NCBI GenBank assembly: GCA_000165425.1
Contig: CT868463.1
Coordinates: forward strand, 62,001 to 126,000
Reading direction: 5' to 3'
DNA length: 64,000 nt
DNA from: Paramecium tetraurelia
Taxonomy: Eukaryota
The notes below the pieces were generated by a model that was not told the origin of the DNA, did not search any database, and saw only the letters and a program-made list of their open reading frames with translations. How positions within the stretch are numbered: the stretch's first letter is position 1; every line of letters begins with the position of its first letter. The position numbers and the translations under genes were made by a program. This document shows, in pieces, positions 39,068-53,176 of the stretch.

Positions 39068-40600
39068 TCATTATGGTGAGATTACTTCTTCTACTTGTTT
39101 TGTTTTTGTTTTTTCTAGCTTTTCCTTTTCTAAGATATAACATTTAACTACTTAATTTATTCTAAGCTTATTACTATTCGAATTCCTCCTTTGAAACAAA
39201 TGGAATTTTCCTCTATTTTAATCTACTTTGAACAATAATATCTTGCAATTCCTTCTCAGCATTATCTTAATTACATAAAGTCATTTACTTCTTTTAAATT
39301 TAGAGTGAGAAATATCAAAGTGAATCAAACTTGTATTCTTAGTTAAACCGGTCTTGAGTTTTTCATAGATATTTTTGTCTTTATTGTCATTATTTTCGCT
39401 AAAATTATTATTGCTAATATTTAAGGATTGTAAGGTGCATGAGGAATCTGATAAATATACTTCAAGCATTTCAGCAGTTAAGCTCCCCAATTAATTAGCA
39501 GACAAATTCAAATGTTGGATACTTTTGTTTTAACTAAGTTTGCTAAAGAAGTTGGCACCAGCGATATCGTTGAATGAATTTAATGACAAATTCAAATGCT
39601 CAAGAGATTTGTTGAACAAAAGAGCATATGCCAAATTTTTAGATCCGACTAACCCAATTGCATTATTGGACAAATCCAATTTGAGCAGTATTTCTGATCT
39701 CATCAAATACTTTGCAATACGTATGACTCTTAAAGATTAGAGGATTAATTTACCCTTGATCTCCAATCTTATTATGAGATAAATTCAACTCTATAATGGA
39801 GATATCAAGATTGATTCCTGTCATGAGCAATCTTAATAAGTCATCATCGATTAAATTAGATGGTAAAGATAAGGATTGCTAAAATACTTTATAAAGGATA
39901 CAAGATTTCTGCAATGCTTAGAGATTGCTTCTCCCAATTCAGCTGCTTGACTTAGTTTCATGCCCAAGATTTCCTTTCTTGTTTGATCGATTCCAGTAGT
40001 CTAAATTGAATTATAATATAATATTTACTTTAACTCCATATATAACTGTCAAATTCTAGAGACATGGCAAGTACTGGCATAAAAATCCAATGTCAATATT
40101 GCATTAAGTTTATGATATATTGAGGGAATAGACCCAATTATTGACTGCCTTTAATATTGCTTGCAATTCGTCTTTCTCTTATTGGGATTCTAAACTCTAT
40201 TTTTCGAATCAACTCATACTTTTATTGATTTAATGTATTCTTCCAAGAAATTTTCCATATAGGCAATTTTATAACTGTAACTATGTCTGCAGATATTAAT
40301 AGTTCTGTGAGTGCCTTTCCACTTAGTTTCACAAGCTTGTTTCCAATAATTCTCATCTTCAATGCTATTGTAAGTGATTGTTACAGGTAAGGTTTTAGGT
40401 GCTTTTGATATAATCTAATCTTAATGAAGAGGGAATACTTAATGTTTTATTTTTTCTGGAATACCTGGCAACTAAGAATATAGATCAAAATTAAGAGCCA
40501 CCTGCTCTATTGCCAAATCCAAGAGAGTGGGGAATTCGATTTTGCTTGTTTATTGTGGTTTATTTTATGCCCTTGATAAGAATATTTGTTTGGCCAACAT
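39068..40600 (-). CDS. DRC5: Dynein regulatory complex subunit 5 (TCTE1-like LRR protein)
   Basis: FPTLLDLAIE...F, IEDENYWKQAC, HSYSYKIAYMENFLEE, then RI-type LRRs. Confidence 0.8.
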
Positions 40601-40620
40601 TATATATATAAATATTATAA

Positions 40621-42933
40621 TCAGCAATAATATGAAAATTATTAACTATCATATTTGATCCCGTCAGATAGTTTGACGAGTAATTCTTTTAGTTTGCTTT
40701 TGGGAATGGGTTTTAGAATAGTGCCAAGGATGCCCGATTACTTGCACTGTTCTAGATAACTAGAATTGGGTACATCACCAGAGCAAGCAATTAGAATAAT
40801 CAAAGGATCTATTTGAATCAACTTCTTGGCTAATTCGAATCCATTCATTACTGGCATATTGATATCTAAAAACACCAATTGATAGGAGTTGCCTTCCTTC
40901 TATCTCTCGACGAATTTTTATAAGCAGGCCATTCCATTCATTGCTGAGTCCGAACTTATATTCAGTTATTCCATCAAGTACTGTAATACCATTATGTTGA
41001 CTTCATCATCATCTACAATTAAAATTGGAGGTTTCTAATTAGTATAATCATACCATTTGTCTCTCAGAGCCTAAATTTGCTTAGCCTATAATGACTGTTT
41101 TCTAGCAATACTTTTTTCATCATTTTTTACGTTCAATTTCGTTTGATTGTTAACAGAATTAGTCATTACATTTATAGTTTTTTAAGATCTTTTTAGAATG
41201 ATCTTCTTACTACTTTCCACTTGAGGTAAAGCCAAGGAAATTACTGGAGATTTATTTGAATTAGGTCCTGGAAGGAAATGTGCATCGAATGAAGGTAATC
41301 CATTTTGATGAATAATCAACAATTGAGATTCTGAAATATCTTCAAGTGCCAGTTATTTATTCTCTATTTCAAAATAGAATTGGGAACCTATTCCCACCTC
41401 TGATTATACTTGAATACCATTATTAGATAATAATTTCGCCAGTTCATTACTTATCATCAACCCTAATCCTATTCCGAAAGGATTTAAATTCTAATTTTCA
41501 CCATCTTCTATTTTAGAAAATTCTTTGAACAAGTATTTCAAATTCTCCTATTTGATTCCATATCCTGTATCTTAGATAGAAATTTTAATGAAATTCTTTC
41601 TCTAAGGACTTTCAGAACAATCAATATATACCTTCCCATTAGGCTTTGTGTATTTGATAGCATTACTAAGCAAATTCATGATGATTTATCGAATTCGAAA
41701 TTTATCAGAATTAACAGATATAGGTAATTTTGAATCATAATTAAATGTGATTATAATGTCTTTCTTATCCTTTAAGGAATCAAATATTGAAATAGTTTTC
41801 TTAATTAAATTTTATAGATTGAATTTCTTATAAACTAGTTTAATGTTGTTATTTTCAACCTGAGCTGAATCTAATATATCGTTTAAAAGATTGAGTAACA
41901 AATGACATGAATTTAGAGAAGGTTTAAGATATTTCAAAACTAATTCCTTGTCAATTTGTTCTTTCAAACACATCTGCATATTAATTATTGCATTCAAAGG
42001 ATTTCTCATATCATGAGACACTTTCCGAACACTCTTAATCATAAAATTTATTTAATTTCCTTATTATATACTATCATATTTCTTTCTTTTTTAAATCATC
42101 ACCATAGAGTTATTCTCATCCAAAATGAAATTCTCTATTTAAATGTGGTAGTTTTGTTGATTGCTTAATTAATAGCAAAGTTTCTTAGATAAAGGAATTT
42201 TGCTCTTTTTAAGATGAAATAATATTTCCTATAGAGATAGGGCTTGTTTGGCATCTTCCTCATTCAGTTGAATTTCTCTGATTAAATTGGTAGTGTTATC
42301 TCTTGGAGTTATTATCCTTGTCTGTATATAGAAATCTTAGGCTCCCAATAATTACTCATCTTTTAATTAGTTAAAGACTTGCTAATTAAATACTGGGGTA
42401 AAATCATTATCCAATAAACAAAATTCATCATGCTAGATATGTTTTAGAATGTTTTCTAACTATATTAAATTATTTTGGCTTTCAAATCTAAAAATCTGAC
42501 TTATCAAAATATAATTAAAAACAGTTCTAATTACTCCAACTATTACGAAGTCTGTCTTGTAAAAGGCGACACAAAATATTTGGGTAATAAAAAAAATTAT
42601 TAAAACATATTTAAAATGCTAGACATCCTATTTTATGATACAAATTATTTATATTCCAGCAAAAATCAACCAATTTTGTTCCAATAAGTAGTGAACAATT
42701 ATTTGAGCTACTCCTTTAGATGCATTAAAAAAAACATTTATTAATTTATTTCTTCCCTGCAGGAAATGTTCAGATGTTAAAACGATTCCATGAAAGCATG
42801 TTAATGATAGTGCTATAATCAAATAATTATAGTTTGAAATTAAATAGGATTGAGTATGAACAATTAAGCTATCAGCAATGAGCATTATCGAAAGTACTTT
42901 TGAACTGCCTATTGATTTAATACATGTATTCAT
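40621..42933 (-). CDS. Membrane hybrid histidine kinase (HisKA, HATPase, receiver)
   Basis: SHDMRNPLN H-box, NLLSNAIKYT, DTGYGI, GIGLGLMIS, ILIVDDDEVN, FLDINMPVMNGFE, LKP. Confidence 0.93.
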
Positions 42934-43305
42934 TAAATTATTATTTAAAACACATATTATTAATAAATAAATAAATTATTCTTACAATATTGTAGAGGAA
43001 AACCAAAATAAGTGTATATCAAACATATATTGAGATGCACAAGAATCAATAGCAGCAGATGTGTCCAAATATAATCAAACTTAATTCTCTAATAAAATTG
43101 ATATTTAAATTTTATATTTATTAACAATACGAATTGGTTGTTATATAGAAATTAACTTCCAACAACGATTGTTTTTAAATACTCTATACAATTCCATATA
43201 ATAGTATTTTAAAAGCAAGGATCAACAGTCCCAAAATAACCCAAATAGAGTTTTAATGTTTGAAGATCAATATTATATATTTTGATTTTATTTTATGAAG
43301 AAATA

Positions 43306-43865
43306 TCAACTTGTTTCCTCAGCCCATTTGTTTTCTTCTCTTATTTGTTATTCTTCTTCTTGGGTCAAGTCATTTTAGATGTTGAATGTTTTTCTAATCT
43401 CCTCAGGGGTTTTGCCTTAAATTATCAATTATTTAATTACCTTTAATATAAGTAGCAACTTTGGCGCAAGACAAGTCTAGAAGAGACTTAATGTCAAGAT
43501 AGTTGGCAGCCAAAATAATATCAAATAGTTCCTCTAAATTAGGTATGTTAATAAAATCAGCATCTTTTTGTTCTACACAATCAGCCCTAAAATAATAGTA
43601 CAGAGTATTACAAATTATTGCTTCTTAAAGGCTTTTCAATTTCAGGAGGTGAATCATTTCTATGCATATTACAGTATTCAATCACCTTATTCAAGATACT
43701 GCTTTTAACATTTGGTAATGGAATTTCCTCTTCACTACCTGTATCATCAATAATAGTGTTGATTAAATGAGATTTACATGCTACCTCTTTGTCAACCTAT
43801 ATAGAAATTCTTATTACTTCGATGATCACTCCATCTTGAGTACTTAATTTCACTTTATTTTCCAT
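43306..43865 (-). CDS. SKP1: SCF component Skp1
   Basis: [63 protein letters not shown]; three introns. Confidence 0.97.
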
Positions 43866-44053
43866 TTGTTTTTAAAAGAAATATTTTAAATCTTCACTTG
43901 AGAATTACCCTTATTAATGAAATTCCAAAAGTATTAATCAGATTCTGTCACTAAAATTAAAATAACATCTTTAATCTCATTGGCACGCCTTTCCAACAAA
44001 AACCAAATGAAAAGAATGATCAATTAAATAATTTATTTACAATACTAAATAGA

Positions 44054-45518
44054 TCAACAAAATTCATCATCCTCATTTTTTATATTTCCCAGTTTCTTCT
44101 TCTTAATGAATTCATTCAATTTTTTGTAAAACCTATCCTACTAAAACATAATATCAGGCTCTTAATCCTGTTGTAGTAACAATAGACTCCTAAATTTATC
44201 CAGCCTACCAACCAAAAATGCGTTGACCAAGATCTTAAGTCTCTTGAATGTCCAATTGATATCAGTCACTGCCTTAATATCTGAAAACACATTAACAACA
44301 ATTAATTAAATCTAAAATAACTCGATTCTTAACTTACTTGCTACTATTATTTTAACTTCTCCTCCACTTGATGTAGCTTCTATGTTCCATTTCTAAGTAT
44401 GTAGGGGACAGCCACAACTATGGTATTGATATTCTTATCTGGGATAAACTCCTTGGCTAGGATTTCATTTAAATGATAGCACTTAACTTAATCGAATGTT
44501 TATTTATTTTAAACTAAACATTTTTCTAACATTATGTAGGTCTGTTTGAAGCAAAGCTTAACCATTTTATAGATAGATTTCTTTGTGGTTAATTTCCCTC
44601 CTAAGAAATTTTAGGTTATATAAAGCAATTCATTTTTTAGTTGCTCTTCTGGGAAAAATAACTGCTTGTAATTTGAATAGTATTTAGTAAAATCCATTGA
44701 AGTTCTATTACGCATGAAACCATCGACTGAATACAAAATATCTCCAAAATAAAGTTAGGTATTTAATTTCTCTCTCAGCAATCCATTCTATTTAGCCATG
44801 TTTTTAAGATGATTCACAATAAAAGCCACAGAAACATGGTTTGATCTATGACCTGGAATAATTAGATCCGCCTGACTCATAAAGGGTGAGATGAAATTTT
44901 CAAAAGATCGTTTAACAAATTAACTGTACTGAAATAATACACTTTGCACTGATCTGCCTCTCTCTTGAACATCTCTGAGGATTCTTCTACACAATCGAAT
45001 ATCATCTAAATGATTTAGAGTGAAAAGTACCATCGCAATGAATGAAGATTTTATACGACATACAATTTCGAATTCTTTCATCATACAAAGATAAAATCCC
45101 CTCAAACACTATTACTTGAGCTGGCAAAACAATTTAATCTTCATCCTCTCTTTTATATGTTACAAAAGAATAATTCGGTATTTTTGAAGGTTTACCAGAT
45201 AACAAAGTAGAAATTACTTGAAAAGCATAATCCCAATCTATGGAGTCTGGATGATCAAAATTATATTGAGTGATATCGATTTTGGTTTTGTCAACTTCCT
45301 TATAGAATGAATCGCAAGATAAGATTGTCATGTCAACATCCGAATCATATTGGATCTCTCTTTTTATAGTCTCGCATAAAGTAGTCTTACCAGCAGCTGA
45401 ACCTCCAGTAACTCCAACTAGAATTCGTTAAGGTTCATATTCTGAATTCTTTGATATAAAAACTAATTACTTTTCTGAATTACAGAGGAGATTTCGGTAT
45501 CATTAACTCATCACTCAT
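44054..45518 (-). CDS. Uridine-cytidine kinase with a degenerate C-terminal (UPRT-like) extension
   Basis: VGVTGGSAAGKTT, DSFYK, YNFDHPDSID, IVFEGI, RLCRRILRDVQERGR. Confidence 0.88.
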
Positions 45519-45542
45519 AATTAAATATAATAATCATTTAAT

Positions 45543-47011
45543 TCAATAATTTTATTTTGGGATTAGTTTTAAATTATTAGCACGAATAGTTTATAATTTA
45601 ATTTCTTCTAATCTCAAATAATCTCGGACTTTCCTCTAAAAGGTTAATCCTTTGTTATTGTTAATCTTCTATTATAAATTATTAGCTCCTGAATACAATT
45701 AATCCAATAAGGCTTCTGTTATAGAGGCATTTGATATATTATCTTAGAAATCGTCAATTTAATCATTATTTGAATTAGAAGGATATGATAGAAATCTATT
45801 ATGTTTGATAACACCCTCAGAATTCTTCTTTTTGTTATTACTCTTTTGTAAAAGTTATTTTAATTGACTTCTAGAGTCTTAATCTATGTGTTCAACATCA
45901 TTAACTTATTCAATTAATTTGCTTTTGTAATCTTTAACTCTTTAAGTTTGCTAAAAGGGGTTTTATACTCTTTGCATTGGTTTATGCTTATTTAAACCTG
46001 AGGAAGATGCAGTGTTTGAATGGAGATCATTTGATACTTATAATTTACTTTATTTCCATTTGATAACCTTCCTATATTTTTACTCCTATACCCATTACAA
46101 ATATATGTCTTTTTTATTTAAATAAAGATTTAATATTCTATCATAAATTTAATCGTTATTTTTCATTTGATTTTAGACATGTTCAGGTATTGTTGTAAAT
46201 CGAGTAAATAAGAAATTGTCTGAGTTTTCCTTAAATTATAAACTTAACATAAAATGATAATGTCTGGGACTTAGATTTTAGCAATTTGAATGAAACAGTT
46301 TTTTTTCTTTGAGCACTGTCATTGTACGCAATTAATGAAATCTTAAATTCTAAATGTAGAACTCAGAGGACTTATGAAAAGCAATCTCTAAATTATCCAA
46401 AAATTTTGTTTGCTTTCTTTTTTCTTCTATTATCATTCTTCTTAACTGTATATTATTTTGTATTACCTATCTTATATATATTTACTAACATCTTTAATTT
46501 TCTTCCATCTCAATAAAGCGTTCTCTTATTTTGACAACTTTCTTTTGTCCTTCTTTACTTGCAATGATAATTCATAAATTCTTTCTCTCTTGTTTTCAAC
46601 CTCCATTTTGTTACTTGCAATCTTCAATTTGGCTAATTTCTCTTCTAACAGGTTCGATTGTAGATGTTCTTTATTAATTATTTAATCTTTGAAAGAGCAA
46701 ACAGATTCTTTATGAGATTTCACATACTCATATTTGTCATTCATTTTGTCTATTTTTGTTGGAAAATTGCTGTGATCAATCAATTATTTAGTATCGATAT
46801 TTCCTGCCAAAAACTTGCTAAAAGAGGCCTTGAATTTATGACCTCTTGCAGCAGTGAAAGATTATAAAGGTGAAGCAATTAACAACTCATCTATTTCTGT
46901 TTAAGTATGAGTTTGTTATAAGTTAGCATTTTTTATAAAGTTTCTATATTTATTAGACCTTGCATTATTAGATTGTGAATGTTTTGGACTGCTACTTGAA
47001 GATTTATTCAT
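45543..47011 (-). CDS. Hypothetical coiled-coil/low-complexity protein
   Basis: Long K/Q/N-rich coding frame; TGA at 45543-45545. Confidence 0.65.
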
Positions 47012-48420
47012 AACTAAAATTAAAAATTTTTGATATATTATTTATAACAATATGATTTCTAAATATAGATCCACTAAAACATTGTGAAACTCATTTAAAT
47101 ATACACTTCCTCTTGTTCTACCTTCGTAAAATAATATTACTATAATATTATCCCAATTTTCCTGAGTTTTCTAATTTTTCATAATTTACACGTTTACGGT
47201 TATTTTTAAATAAAATAATTAAAGTTCTTTAAACTCAGGTTTTGTTGAAAATTATTTTTGGTTGTTAATTCAAAGCCGCTCTAAAAAAATTTAGATTTCC
47301 ATTAACCCAAGTTGTGGATAGTTTTATAAGAGGATAACTTTTTTATCCTGCATGTAATTGAGATTAAAAAGCCATCTTTTTTATACTATTATAAACAGTT
47401 TGGAATTATAAATTTTTCAAAAATAAATATTATTTCAATTTCAAAGATTAAGAGATCTTTATAAATCATAAAGTTGCCTTTCTTTCTATCTGATTTCAAC
47501 TAGTATTTAACAATTATGATTATATTCGATTTTCATTTAGTTTGTGGTTTCTATTAATTAAAATAAAATTTTAGAAATATGATTTTATTTATTTATTTCA
47601 GTAATAATTAGGAATTCATTTTTCTACAAATATTTATAAATTATTTACTTTCTATAAGAGGGTTGCATTTTATAATAATTTTAAATTGGCTGTTGTGAAA
47701 ACAAAAATAGTAAATTGAAGATAATTTAAGAAAGTTTTAGTTAAAATATTAATTACAATTTTAGGTGCAAAGGAAGCTTTTTTAATTTTTTAATTTTAAT
47801 TATACTATTTTAGATCAGACTCCCCTTTAACTATATGTGCAATGTTTATACGTATTGTTATTTTATGAAAGACGAGATGTGGTAATTTTATGTAAATTCA
47901 TGCCGTTTATTGGTTTCCAAATGATGTAACTCTAATTCATAACTTGATAAGTCGTGTAAAATTCAATAGAAACCAAATATCTCAGTATATAATTCATTTA
48001 TAAGATTGTCAAGATGTAATATGCAAAATTAAATCAAGCGCTTGGTTTTCTTTTTGATTCTCTTCTCTAAACTATAGGATTCTTAGTAATTGCATAAGGA
48101 ACTTGAGATGTATGGCCTAAATTTTATTCCTCTAATTAGGTTGGCAATTTGATTTATGTTTGACGTGAATTGTTTAATGGAGTATTTGATTACATGAAAT
48201 TTTTATTTAATTTAATAATATAATTCAAGAATATCATTATCTTAATCTATAATAGGAAAATACAATATGTATTTGACAGAAAAACTAAAATCAAAAAAAC
48301 CTAAATCCCATTTTTTAAAAATTATTTGATTAATTTATAATGCCTGATTGTTATACACATTAGAGCGGTTAGAATAAATTTAATAGCTTAACCATATATA
48401 AATAATAGTATGATTCAATA

Positions 48421-49414
48421 TCAGCATTTAAATTTAAGGAAATCGGATGACTGTTTAAATAAAGCCTATTAAACTAGACATTTTTCTCTCTTTTCAAAAG
48501 GACTTGAATTTATTTTCGAAGTGATACTACACTTTCTTTCACTAGGTTGATTCCAAAATGATTAAGTATCTCTTTTCATTGGCATTACGAGATTGAGTTT
48601 CATATTAGTATTATTTACTTTGTTTGCGAATGGCTATTTTTTTTCCATTGATCCTTACCTTGAAAATAGTTTATTTAATTAAGCAAGAGGAGATCTTGAT
48701 GTTTGAGATTGGTATGACTATTCTTGTACATTGAATATGTCTTAGCAAATTTTTGTTGTTTTAATATTTTGTAGCAATTTTACTAAACTATTTTTTAGGT
48801 CTTTATTAAATTTCTAATATGTTTATATATTCGGATTTGTTTAATACAAAAGAGCATATGATTGTTGAGGGGATTGCAGTTATAATCTTTATTTCTTTTA
48901 TTGTATTAAGGACAATTGATATTCTTGTTGCTTATAAAACAGCTTGTGTTAATCAAAAACTTTCTGCATTAAAAAATTAATTTCTTATATAAATTAGCTT
49001 TATAAATGTTCTAATTCTGCCTAGAAATTCTGTTGCTCCAATCTTAATTCACTAATTAAATAATTTAGATCTTTATTTTCTTAAGGGTCTGATTATTTTT
49101 TTTAACAGTTTTTATCATTTTTCTATTCAAGCATTAAATGAAAATTGAACTATTAAGGTTTTTTGTTCAACTCATTTGCTTGTTCTACTTCAAATTCAGA
49201 TTCATCAAGAAGTTCAGATTTTAAAAACTTTTTAATAATGGAAATGCTCGATACATCAAGCTAATTGTCATCGTCACTCATAACGACAATTAAATAATAA
49301 TAAAATTATCATTAAAATTATTAGAGCCAAAAATAACAATATATAAAAGAAAATGAGAATCATTAAATCAGTTCTTTCGATTTCATTTGTAACCATTGAT
49401 TAATTTGATTGCAT
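48421..49414 (-). CDS. Hypothetical single-pass membrane protein
   Basis: N-terminal TM segment LMILIFFYILLFLALIILMIILLFNC then a long polar tail. Confidence 0.65.
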
Positions 49415-49467
49415 AATGAATTAAGAAATCCCCTCAGTTTAAACTTAAAATAAATAATTTATAATAA

Positions 49468-49662
49468 ATGGGATGCTATATAGAAACGGGCCGGTAAGTT
49501 TAGTCGAGTGAACCCAACCCTTCCTTTGAATAACAACTATAAGAGATAGATAAAAGAGAATTTTTCAAGAATAGAAAGGGGTTTTAAATAATTCTCAAAC
49601 CTATTTTGTATTCTTTTTCTTAAGAAAAAGGAGAGACAGATTCCTAAGACTAAAATAATTGA
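49468..49662 (+). CDS. 64-aa microprotein with an MGC acylation-type N-terminus
   Basis: ATG after an A-rich leader; MGCYIETGRQ...; TGA at 49660. Confidence 0.55.
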
Positions 49663-50216
49663 TGGTAGTAAAGCTTTTGAGAATATATATTGTTAATTTA
49701 AAAATAATCGAAACAGTCTTAATTTCTCAAATCTTCAATTATGGAAGGATTTCATGACATATTATGGTCTCCTTCATAAAATTTATAATTATGTTTTCCA
49801 GAAAATATACAAATAGAAATCTAATTTAGCAGTAGTTGTGCACGTCAAGCAAGTTGATTGATAGAGAATTTGGTGTAAATCATTTGTTCCATAAGTTATA
49901 GAAATGTTGAAAATAGTCTGTGTATTATATTGCTAATTAATATCAATAAGGAAATAAAATAATTTTATGTTATTTAAAACCATTATATCAAATATTCATA
50001 ATTTAAAGAAATTATTAAAGCTTTAATGAATCTAAATAACTTAGGTTAATAAATAGTCATATTTTTGATTTTAAATGAAATGAAAGCAATCTTTTGTTTT
50101 TGCTACCTTATAAGATGGAAGAACCTGTAATTCATGATTGTTTAAGACACAAATATAATTATGGATTTTTATAATCGTTAATTTTATATATTTATTCTAA
50201 GTAATTATAATTTTGA

Positions 50217-51295
50217 ATGAGAAAAAAAGTTGACAAAATAAAAAAAAGTATTTGATTTTATTAAGATAGAACCTTGGAGTGATTATGAGGATGCTTAGGT
50301 AATGTAATTAGTGGAACAATATGGGCCACACAAATGGACATTTATAGCATCTAAATTGTAAGGCAGGATAGGAAAATAATGCAGGGAACGGTATGAAATT
50401 TTGAGTAATTTAGTTGGCATAATCATTTGAATCCCTTGATAAAAAAGTCACCTTGGGAATATGAGGAGGAGTGGATTTTATTTTTGTATCACGAAGCAAT
50501 TAGTAATGAATGGGCAGAAATTGCTAAACATTTAGAAGGAAGAACTGATAACGCAATCAAGAATCATTGGAACTCTGGCATGAAGAAGAGAATGAATGAG
50601 TTTAGAGAGAAGTTATTGAAAATAAGATAGCAATTTTAATAAAAAGGGTTTTAAATTTGAATTAAAGAAGGTAGGCATACTATTTTAGATTAATTTGTGA
50701 ACCCTTTTGAAAGGAAAGCAATTGAAATAATATTTTTAAATAAAAAGTATGTAAGCTTAATCACAGACACCGAGGAAGAGGAAGATGAGATAGATGAGCC
50801 AGCAATAATACAAATTCCTATGCTAAGAACACCACTCTGATGAACTCGAAGCAATTTTAATAATCATGTATTATAACTGTATATGAAGTTTGAAATCAGA
50901 AGCAAATACATCAGTAAGCATCCTAGGAGAAATAGAATGCATAGAAAGTATTTGATATACAAGAAGAATTAAATGAAGGAAATCGAGAAAGAAAAGGAGA
51001 ACAAAAATATAAGTAATGTGCAACCAGTCCAAATTGAATCAAGACAAATGTTTTCGATGCAATAATTGGATCAAACCCCATTAAAAGTGTATAAGTAAAG
51101 ATCAGTTTGGATATAATTTAGTGATGACTACTACTAAACACCAGCAGCATTCAATCGAGTACAAAGATTAGCAATTAGCAGTTCCAAATTTAGTTAATTT
51201 AAAAGTGCAGTCTAAGTAAGAGGAAATCTATCAATTAGAATGAAACATTCCAGAATTAGTTATAAGAAGAATTAAAGCAAAATTTATTTTTATGA
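50217..51295 (+). CDS. R2R3 Myb transcription factor with an internal in-frame TGATGA
   Basis: KPWSDYED...GRIGKQCRERWHNHLNP...WAEIAKHLEGRTDNAIKNHWNS; short introns. Confidence 0.85.
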
Positions 51296-51408
51296 TTATT
51301 GTTAAATTAACAAAGCAATTAGAATTCATCACAATCTATTTGCTTTGACCAATAAAACTTATTTTAATCATTCTAAATTTATATTGTGAATAAATAATTT
51401 TATAAATT

Positions 51409-52244
51409 CATGAAATTTAGAACTTGTACAGACGTGGCTCTTCTTCCATCTTTGGAAAAAGAATCCAAATTCTGGTCACAGTTGCAATGGAGTATTTCTT
51501 GCAGATACCTTGATATATAAATGGGCACAACCTTACTTTCGTAATATACAATAAAATACAATAGGATATCTTACAGCCTTAAAATGNNNNNNNNNNNNNN
51601 NNNNNNNNNNNNNNNNNNNNNNNNNNNNNNNNNNNNNNNNNNNNNNNNNNNNNNNNNNNNNNNNNNNNNNNNNNNNNNNNNNNNNNNNNNNNNNNNNNNN
51701 NNNNNNNNNNNNNNNNNNNNNNNNNNNNNNNNNNNNNNNNNNNNNNNNNNNNNNNNNNNNNNNNNNNNNNNNNNNNNNNNNNNNNNNNNNNNNNNNNNNN
51801 NNNNNNNNNNNNNNNNNNNNNNNNNNNNNNNNNNNNNNNNNNNNNNNNNNNNNNNNNNNNNNNNNNNNNNNAGACTTTGGTAAATTCTTGTATTAGAGAG
51901 AAAAGGAGCAAAATTCAATTCTTCAGATGTAAAGAGTTCGACCCAATATTTTAGGTTCATCTATCCAAAAAATGATCGTAATTCAATGATTAAAGTATTA
52001 TGCGTAACATTTATTTGGTTTACTCTATAACTTGGTCTCCTCAGTTCTGTCTAATCAATAGGAAAACAAATATAAATAATATGAATGATTTGAAAAAACC
52101 CTTATATGAAAGATTTAGTACATTTGATGGTCCTGAATATTTATCAGTATCTGATTCTATTAGTTCTCCATAGTTGAGCTCTGATTTAGAATAGTTATGT
52201 GTGAATATTGTTAGTATCCTTAAATTAATTATGATATTAGTCAC
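51409..52244 (-). CDS. Fragmentary coding sequence spanning the gap; unidentified, boundaries approximate
   Basis: Coding-like frames on both sides of the N run (e.g. YLQEILHCNCDQNLDSFSKDGRR). Confidence 0.3.
51587..51871. other. Assembly gap (N run)
   Basis: N run. Confidence 1.
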
Positions 52245-52499
52245 TAGTATGCTATGAATTCACCAGACTACCAGAAGATTTATAAAAAATAAAATTAAAA
52301 AATGACAAAAAAAGTGAATTACTCAAAATAAACTAAAACATTAAAACTAGATCAAAATAATTTATTCATAAAGGTAATTATTTCGTTATTGTTTAATAGA
52401 TTATTAATTATCTAACTATTTTGAATAATAATCAAATTAATAAATCTCTGGTACACAAGCTAACCAGAAATATTGGTTGAGAAATATCAACCTGTAAAT

Positions 52500-52746
52500 A
52501 ATTAAAAAACTTATGATTGAGTTCATGTTGAAAATTTAAGAATTATGTCGATATTTAGATGAAGAATAAGAAGATTGCAAAATTGAATTTTAATACTGTT
52601 CCTGCCTCAATTTTGAAAGTATGGGAGTTATCTGAAGACAAATACAAATAATTAAAATTTAACCCTAGTTGGAGACAGCTAAAAACTTATGTTTGTTTGA
52701 ATTTTTACCTCAAATATACAGAATGTTGTAATCTTACTCAATATGA
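52500..52746 (+). pseudogene. Decayed SWIM zinc finger of MULE/FAR1 transposase type
   Basis: YCSCLNFESMGVI*RQI vs consensus CSCxxFxxxGIxCRH. Confidence 0.5.
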
Positions 52747-52917
52747 AAGAAAAGTGTATAAATATTCAATCTAATTTAAATTAGTAAGACAGCAGCTCAG
52801 AATCTAAAGAAAAGAGTAGAAGATCAATAGGCCAATTTATTCTTTTGTAAAATACCTGACTTGAAATTAATAAAAGTAGTTTTACTTAGAAATAGTCATT
52901 CATCATTGCCTCCCTTT

Positions 52918-53176
52918 NNNNNNNNNNNNNNNNNNNNNNNNNNNNNNNNNNNNNNNNNNNNNNNNNNNNNNNNNNNNNNNNNNNNNNNNNNNNNNNNNNN
53001 NNNNNNNNNNNNNNNNNNNNNNNNNNNNNNNNNNNNNNNNNNNNNNNNNNNNNNNNNNNNNNNNNNNNNNNNNNNNNNNNNNNNNNNNNNNNNNNNNNNN
53101 NNNNNNNNNNNNNNNNNNNNNNNNNNNNNNNNNNNNNNNNNNNNNNNNNNNNNNNNNNNNNNNNNNNNNNNNNNNN
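52918..53176. other. Assembly gap (N run)
   Basis: N run. Confidence 1.

Noticed and set aside
47050..48400. Coding-like patches in a long spacer
   Set aside because: All frames are interrupted and no family is recognisable
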